Origin: Candidatus Micrarchaeota archaeon | GTDB lineage: Archaea > Micrarchaeota > Micrarchaeia > Anstonellales > Bilamarchaeaceae | DNA: 12,116 bases | Reading direction: 5' to 3' | Assembly (NCBI GenBank): GCA_040754495.1 | Contig: JBFMCO010000072.1 | Coordinates: forward strand, 1 to 12,116 | In this document: positions 7,154 through 12,116 of the stretch, piece by piece | Layout of the letters: every line of letters begins with the position of its first letter | Numbering within the stretch: the stretch's first letter is position 1 | Program-made: the position numbers and the translations under genes | Notes under the pieces: generated by a model | Told to the model about the DNA's origin: nothing | Databases searched by the model: none | The model's input: only the letters and a program-made list of their open reading frames with translations

Positions 7154-8036
7154 TTCTTCTGAAGAGGAGGGCATAGGCGGCAGTAGCGAGCACTACGAAT
7201 ACTGCGAGCGAGAGGGCGAGGTCGTCGGGGCCTATGTCCGTCGCCTTGAAAACGGAGGGGATTATCTCCAGGGCCGACGTCTCGTAATTGACGAGCAGGA
7301 TGAACATGTTGTTCGCCGCATGCGCCCCTATTGCAAGCTCCGCGCCGCCGTCCTTAAGCGTCACGAGGCAGAGCCAGAAGCCGATTGCGAAGTAATACGC
7401 CGCGGCGAGGTAAAGGCCGCTCGATGTCTCCGGATTCGCCATGTGCGCGAGCACGAATATGAAGGACGAGAGGACGGCTGCAAGTAGAGGCTTCTTCAGC
7501 GCGTTCCCGAACCCCTGCAGGAGGTAGCCGCGGAAGAGCATCTCCTCGGACGTCGTCTGGAGGGCGGTGAGGGCGATGAAGAGCGGCGCTATGATGAGCA
7601 GGCGGAGCGGCTCGATGGAGATTTTGATGCTGGATGGCTCGAGGGCGAACGAGACGAGCGTGGCGATTGCGTTCATGGCGATGAAGAGCGCGAATCCTTT
7701 TGCGACGCGCTGCATATCCGGCTTCGGCCTCGAAGTGATGGCTGATGCGAGGCTGCGCCCGTGGATGAATTTGACGGATATGGCGACGCCAGCGGCAAGC
7801 ATGAGGAATGAGAACGACACCGGAAGGTAGAAGGTGACGAAAGGGTCGGTGGAGGCGAGCGGGCCGGATGCAGGCTCGCCGTTCCACGGGACCGGAAGGC
7901 CGCCGTTCATGACGAGGACGAGAAGAAATGGGACCGAGCCGACGATTAGCCAGAGGAAGAGTATGAGGAGAAATGAGGCAAGATAGCGCCACCAGTCGTT
8001 TTTGCCGCTTGCGGCCATCCCTACGAAATCGCCCAT
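7146..8036 (-). CDS. CPBP family (type II CAAX/Abi-like) intramembrane glutamic endopeptidase (296 aa)
   Basis: Multi-TM protein with EEMLFRG (EExxxR), FVLAH (FxxxH) and HAANN (HxxxN). Start reassigned to ATG 8036 (MGDFVGM...). The track's extension to 8396 is antisense to the SPFH gene. Confidence 0.9.
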   Translation of the reverse strand: MGDFVGMAASGKNDWWRYLASFLLILFLWLIVGSVPFLLVLVMNGGLPVPWNGEPASGPLASTDPFVTFYLPVSFSFLMLAAGVAISVKFIHGRSLASAITSRPKPDMQRVAKGFALFIAMNAIATLVSFALEPSSIKISIEPLRLLIIAPLFIALTALQTTSEEMLFRGYLLQGFGNALKKPLLAAVLSSFIFVLAHMANPETSSGLYLAAAYYFAIGFWLCLVTLKDGGAELAIGAHAANNMFILLVNYETSALEIIPSVFKATDIGPDDLALSLAVFVVLATAAYALLFRRTS

Positions 8037-8058
8037 GGGATAAAGGAGCGCGGCCGGG

Positions 8059-8066
8059 TTTAAGAA
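8059..8066. promoter_or_regulatory. Shared, possibly bidirectional TATA-like element between CPBP and SPFH genes
   Basis: TTTAAGAA on plus and CTTAAA on minus. It is the main AT-rich element in the 64-nt gap, 22 nt from ATG 8036 (-) and about 35 nt from ATG 8101 (+). Confidence 0.5.
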
Positions 8067-8088
8067 TATTGCAGGAGAAAGCAGGCCG

Positions 8089-8094
8089 GGAGGT
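8089..8094 (+). promoter_or_regulatory. Shine-Dalgarno for the SPFH gene
   Basis: GGAGGT 6 nt before ATG 8101. Confidence 0.7.
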
Positions 8095-8100
8095 AGGCGT

Positions 8101-9012
8101 ATGGACGATAGGATTGCTCTTAATGCCGGTTTGAAATTCATCGGCCTGCTGGTGCTGGGTTTCTTTTTGCTCGTGTTCCTGCTCGTGTTCTTCCCCGTGA
8201 GGGTGGTGAACGCGGGCGAGGTCGGCGTTTTGCTGGAGTTCGGCAGGGTGAAGGAGATATGGTATCCGGGCCTGCACCTGATGATACCGTTCATGAACTC
8301 GGTGGAGATGGTGTCCACCCAGATACAGAAATTCGAGACCGACGCCTCGGCCGCGTCATCCGACCTGCAGGTCGTGCAGACGACGATAGCGGTCAACTAC
8401 AGGCTCCCGGAGGACGATGCGTCCATCCAGAGCCTCTACGAGAATTTCAGGGGAAACCACGAGGCGAGGATAATCGCCCCAGTCGTGCAGGAGGTCGTGA
8501 AGGCGAACACCGCGAAATACACTGCGGGCGAGCTGATCACCAAGCGGGGGGAGCTGAAATCCGTGATAGGGGCCAACCTGAAGGAGAAGCTGAAGGGCTA
8601 CGACATAGACGTCGTGGAGGTCTCGATAACGAATTTCGACTTCTCTCCGGAGTTCAACGACGCCATCGAGCAGAAGGTCGTGGCAGAGCAGAACAAGCTC
8701 CAGGCGCAGTTCGAGCTGGAGAAGAAGCAGATAGAGGTGCAGAAGGTCATAGCCGAGAAGAACGCCACTGCGACAGCGAACGTGCTCGAGGCCGAGGGCG
8801 AGGCGAAGTCCAAGCTCATCCGGGCCAAGGCCGAGGCCGAAGCCATCGAGACCATAACGAAGACGGTCACTGACCCGTACATCCGCTATTACTACGTGCA
8901 GAAGTGGAACGGGCAGCTCCCGAAGGTCGTGGGCTCCGGCGAGACGATAATAGACATCAGCCAGCTTCTTGGAAACGACGGAAGCGCGTATGGCTCCAAC
9001 GCGACGGGCTGA
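8101..9012 (+). CDS. SPFH/band-7 (prohibitin-like) membrane protein (303 aa)
   Basis: N-terminal TM helix, then V.AGEVGV..FG...PGLH..IPF, SSDLQ.V, ISNF/ITNFDFSPEF..AIEQK, an AE-rich coiled coil and KWNGQLP. Confidence 0.92.
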   Translation: MDDRIALNAGLKFIGLLVLGFFLLVFLLVFFPVRVVNAGEVGVLLEFGRVKEIWYPGLHLMIPFMNSVEMVSTQIQKFETDASAASSDLQVVQTTIAVNYRLPEDDASIQSLYENFRGNHEARIIAPVVQEVVKANTAKYTAGELITKRGELKSVIGANLKEKLKGYDIDVVEVSITNFDFSPEFNDAIEQKVVAEQNKLQAQFELEKKQIEVQKVIAEKNATATANVLEAEGEAKSKLIRAKAEAEAIETITKTVTDPYIRYYYVQKWNGQLPKVVGSGETIIDISQLLGNDGSAYGSNATG

Positions 9013-9016
9013 CCGC

Positions 9017-9035
9017 TTTCTTTCCCTTTTTTCTT
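9017..9035 (+). terminator. Oligo-T intrinsic terminator (archaeal type) after the SPFH gene
   Basis: TTTCTTTCCCTTTTTTCTT immediately after TGA 9012, in the gap to the convergent gene. Confidence 0.6.
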
Positions 9036-9624
9036 ATGATTCTACTGCATATTCGCCTATGCTCTCTAGGATGAGTATGGCTGCGGTCTTAACCGTATCA
9101 TAGGGGCTTGAAGAGGATATCTGCTCGAGCTCCTTCCGGAGGGCTCTCGCCGTGCCGTGGTCCATGCCTTCCAGCGTCTCGAGAAGCTCGTCCTCGCCGG
9201 GCCCGGAGCGCGGCGTGTCTATATGGGCCCTCAGCAATTCAGATTCCTGCGAGAAAACGAGGGCGGCTGCGGCCACCTTTATGTCCAGCTCCACCCGCTC
9301 ATCGTCAAGGATGGCCTTGGCAAGCCCGTATGCCACATCCGCATCGCCGTCCAGCGCCCTGGTGATTGACCGGATTTGCGCCTCGGTGTCTTCGTCGAAG
9401 CTTTCGCTCCCCAGGCCGAGGATTCTCAGGCCCGCGGCCCTCCATTCCGAGACAAGGGAATTCGCCATGCCGCATACCTGGGCCGTGAGTGCGAGGCGGA
9501 AAGCGGCCCGGGCCTTCCCGAGAGGCTCGTCCAGCGGCTCCGAAAGGCCAGCGGCTTTTGCGGCATCGGCAAAGCCCTGGGGCCTGCTTTCGGCCGGAGC
9601 GCCTGATTTGAGTCTTCGCACCAT
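9034..9624 (-). CDS. Hypothetical alpha-helical protein (196 aa), possible degenerate HEAT-like units
   Basis: TATA-like TTTTAAA 23 nt upstream. The C-terminal ELEQISSSSPYDTVKTAAILILESIG resembles a HEAT unit. Confidence 0.7.
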   Translation of the reverse strand: MVRRLKSGAPAESRPQGFADAAKAAGLSEPLDEPLGKARAAFRLALTAQVCGMANSLVSEWRAAGLRILGLGSESFDEDTEAQIRSITRALDGDADVAYGLAKAILDDERVELDIKVAAAALVFSQESELLRAHIDTPRSGPGEDELLETLEGMDHGTARALRKELEQISSSSPYDTVKTAAILILESIGEYAVES

Positions 9625-9637
9625 CGGACTATGTGTG

Positions 9638-9700
9638 TATATAAATGTTTAAAAGAGCTAGGTTAGGGCGCTGCTGGAGTGAATGCAAAAGCGATAATAA
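9638..9700. promoter_or_regulatory. Divergent AT-rich promoter region
   Basis: TATATAAA (9638-45); TTTAAAA (9648-54, reading TTTTAAA on minus); ATAATAA (9694-9700) 22 nt before ATG 9723. Confidence 0.5.
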
Positions 9701-9722
9701 GGTTTCACGCGAATCAGTTTCG

Positions 9723-10076
9723 ATGCTCAAGCGCAAACGCAAGGTGGCGGCCAAGGCGGTCACAAAGATAAGCGAGGCCGACCTCAGGAAAATCGAGGAT
9801 GAAACGATAGAGAGGGTCAACAAGACCGTCTCCGCCCTCGAGAGCGCCATCGCGAGCTGGGACGCCGCCGGGACGAAGCCTGCCGAGCTCAAGGCCAAAT
9901 TCTCAAAATACCGGCTCGTGCACGAAGTGCTGACAAGATGGCAGTCGAAGGCCATGAAATCCAGGGGCAAGAGCGACGTTGACGAGCGCCTGGGGGTGCT
10001 CTGGGAGTTCGTAGACATCTGCAGGATATACATAGGGGGAGACGTTGGCGGACCAGATAAGAAAGAGACCGGATGA
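9723..10076 (+). CDS. Small basic helical hypothetical protein (117 aa)
   Basis: Start moved from the track's ATG 9645, which is inside the TATA region, to ATG 9723 (MLKRKRKV...). About 16 Lys in 117 aa. The 3' end overlaps the next ORF by 32 nt. Confidence 0.65.
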   Translation: MLKRKRKVAAKAVTKISEADLRKIEDETIERVNKTVSALESAIASWDAAGTKPAELKAKFSKYRLVHEVLTRWQSKAMKSRGKSDVDERLGVLWEFVDICRIYIGGDVGGPDKKETG

Positions 10077-12116
10077 CGCCGCAAGGCGCGCGGACGAGCA
10101 CCTTGCCCAGCTTCCGCCGCAGGCCGGCGTCATAAGGACGTACATTACGCCGGCGCCTGTCCATGTGGAGACGACGCACTTATACAACCAGGCCCGCGGA
10201 GCCGACACGGCGCTGCGCGAGCTGGACAGGTACGGCGAGAGGGAGCTCCCGCGGAAAATCCCGCACATGGAAGGCGGGCTGAAGCACAGGCATTCCGAGG
10301 CCCGGAGGCACGAGGTCCGGGTGCAGATTGACGCCACCGAACAGACCATGGCGCAGTTCGTGCAGACGCTCCAGCCCGCGCTGCGCGAGAGGCTCGAGGA
10401 TGAGACGCAGGACATCCTTGAGGAGCTTGCCGAGGCGAGGCATGAGGCCGAGGAGGGCGACCCTGAAGCCGCCGAGGAGAGGCACGAGCGGGCGAGGGCG
10501 AAGGTTGCGAAGCTGCGCAGGGTGGCTGGCATCGAGACCGTTCTCATCGAGGGCGGCATAGAGGAGGCCGTGGGTGAGGGAGAGCTCGATGCGCTCCTGG
10601 ACGGGCTCGAGTCCGCGGTGCTAGATGCCGGAACCGAGAACGAGGAGCGCGGGGATGCGATACTCGAGGCCGCGGAGCTTTATGCAGAGAACAGTGAGAT
10701 ACTTGATGCTGATTCAGAGGATGCCCGCGGGCTCCGGGAGCGGATTCTCGGATTCATCATGGAAAGCGGCTTTACGGCAGGCATCCGTGAGCGCTATGAA
10801 GAGGAAACACGGGATTCGGACAGGGAGGCACTGAATGATTTCAGGACGAGGCTCGATTCGCTGCTCGGAAGGATGAGGGCAGGATACACGAATGTGCTCC
10901 AGGAGCTTTCGCAGGACCTCGGAACTAGGCTGGGGACGCTGGCCGAAGACAGCCCGGTGCGCGAGCGGATGCAGTCTCTCCTTGACAGGATTGGCACCGC
11001 TCTCGAGCGGCTGCGGGGCGAGAACTGGAGGGAAGAGCGGGGCGAGATTGGCGAGATAGGGCAGGAGTATTCGGAGCTCACGCGCGAGCCGGGCGAAGTG
11101 ATGGAGCAGACGCCCGAGGAGGCGGAGGCAGCTCTTCGCGAAAGCGCGACATCGCTGCGCGGGAGCGGAAGGGAAGCGGACAGGCTGGCGCAGCAGGAGG
11201 GGACGCAGCAGTGGTTCGCGGAGAAGGCGCTCGATGCGCTCCAGAGCGGCAAGCTGGAGGTCGCGGGACTGACGCTCTCCATGGGGCTGCTTGAGAGGGC
11301 TGCGAAAACGCTCGGATTGAATGCTTCTGATTTGGTTCCGCAGGCAGCATTTGCCCGGATAATGGACATAGTCGGGGGAAGGACCGATGCCGATGGCGCC
11401 GCTGTGGAGGCGCTGAGGCGCGAATCAGGGCTGGATGCAAGAAGCGGGTTCCGGCCGGAGCAGCTGCGCGAGCGGTTTGGCCAGCACGTCCAGCGCCTGC
11501 AGGCGAACCTGCGCGAGGCCGGGGCTCCTGAGTGGCTCACGAACGCCCTCGGAGCTGCGACCGGATTCCTGGGGACCGCGGAGGAGCCGCGGGCCGGCCT
11601 GCTGATGCGGGCTGCTACGACATTCATGCAGAACAGGCACCGCCTGGAGACCCCTCAAGGCGAAGGCATCCTTGGGGCGCTGCAGAGCCTTGTAACGCAG
11701 GTAGCTGACGGCGCTATTTCAATAGATATGGAAGCCGCCGAGCGTGGATTCGACCAGGTGGATGCGGCGCTTGCCGGCCTGCCCGAAGCAGAGAGACCGG
11801 AGGAGAGCCTCGAGGCCGCCATCCCGTTTTTCCAGCAGCTCCTCAGGGAGGATGCGCTTGAGACGCTTGAGCCGCAGATAAATGCGCTCATACGGGACAA
11901 CAGGAATATTATTGAAAGGCTTGCAAGGGGCGAGCATGTCAGCGACGAGGAGCTGCAGCGGCTTGAAGCGAGGAATGCCCAGCTCACTGCGATTTCCCAG
12001 ACGCTCCAGGGCATCCCGCAGCGGAACCTGAGGCAGCAGGTCGCAAGGATATACGCGGCGGCCCTTGACGTTCTTGCCGGAGGCGGAAGCGACCGGATCT
12101 TCGGGCTTCTTTTCCT
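10045..12116 (+). CDS. Large acidic, Ala/Glu/Arg/Leu-rich helical hypothetical protein, >=690 aa (3' partial; not in ORF track)
   Basis: Frame 1 is open from after TAG 10033-10035 to the window end (I read every codon). TTG 10045 is preceded by GGGGGAG (10035-10041). Begins MADQIRKRPDDAARRADEH. First in-frame ATG is 10267. Confidence 0.85.
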   Translation, partial: MADQIRKRPDDAARRADEHLAQLPPQAGVIRTYITPAPVHVETTHLYNQARGADTALRELDRYGERELPRKIPHMEGGLKHRHSEARRHEVRVQIDATEQTMAQFVQTLQPALRERLEDETQDILEELAEARHEAEEGDPEAAEERHERARAKVAKLRRVAGIETVLIEGGIEEAVGEGELDALLDGLESAVLDAGTENEERGDAILEAAELYAENSEILDADSEDARGLRERILGFIMESGFTAGIRERYEEETRDSDREALNDFRTRLDSLLGRMRAGYTNVLQELSQDLGTRLGTLAEDSPVRERMQSLLDRIGTALERLRGENWREERGEIGEIGQEYSELTREPGEVMEQTPEEAEAALRESATSLRGSGREADRLAQQEGTQQWFAEKALDALQSGKLEVAGLTLSMGLLERAAKTLGLNASDLVPQAAFARIMDIVGGRTDADGAAVEALRRESGLDARSGFRPEQLRERFGQHVQRLQANLREAGAPEWLTNALGAATGFLGTAEEPRAGLLMRAATTFMQNRHRLETPQGEGILGALQSLVTQVADGAISIDMEAAERGFDQVDAALAGLPEAERPEESLEAAIPFFQQLLREDALETLEPQINALIRDNRNIIERLARGEHVSDEELQRLEARNAQLTAISQTLQGIPQRNLRQQVARIYAAALDVLAGGGSDRIFGLLF

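Noticed and set aside
8037-8396. 120-aa N-terminal extension of the CPBP ORF
   Set aside because: Antisense to the intergenic promoter and to the well-supported SPFH gene. Ser/Thr-rich shadow composition.
8101-9012. NAT sequons in the SPFH protein as evidence of glycosylation
   Set aside because: Two scattered sequons are within chance and the topology is unknown.
9645-9722. N-terminal extension of the small basic protein from ATG 9645
   Set aside because: The ATG lies between two TATA-like boxes. ATG 9723 has its own correctly spaced AT box.
10073-10135. ATG overlapping the stop at 10076 (ATGA) as start of the next gene
   Set aside because: That frame closes after 20 codons (MTPQGARTSTLPSFRRRPAS*). 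The long open frame is frame 1 from TTG 10045.
9903-12014. Minus-strand ORFs 9903..10559, 10794..11627, 11655..12014
   Set aside because: Ser-rich antisense shadows of the Glu/Arg-rich large ORF.
1-12116. tRNA, rRNA, CRISPR array or tandem DNA repeats
   Set aside because: Intergenic gaps are all under about 120 nt and mostly explained by promoters or terminators. No cloverleaf or regularly spaced direct repeats seen by eye.

Overview
GC-rich, gene-dense window that looks archaeal. The evidence is TTTAAA/TTTAAT-type boxes about 22-23 nt before several ATGs, oligo-T terminators, frequent AGG/ATA codons and an N-glycosylation-sequon-rich membrane protein. A DPANN lineage such as Micrarchaeota is plausible but is only inference. 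Gene order: 3' end of sufB (+); two co-oriented, highly diverged paralogous hypothetical genes (-) sitting between sufB and sufD; a short sufD (+); glutamate dehydrogenase (+) coupled to a small membrane-anchored Cys-rich protein; a PP2C phosphatase coupled to an alpha/beta hydrolase (+); a HEAT-repeat protein (+); a CPBP intramembrane protease (-) divergent from an SPFH/prohibitin gene (+); a helical hypothetical (-); a small basic protein (+); and a >=690-codon acidic helical ORF (+, TTG start, runs off the window end) that the supplied ORF track missed. No rRNA, tRNA, CRISPR array or mobile element was recognised. The most interesting signals are the unknown paralog pair splitting sufB from sufD, the long Cys-free ORF with two lysine deserts, and the PP2C plus hydrolase pair. 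All residue counts and alignments were done by eye.
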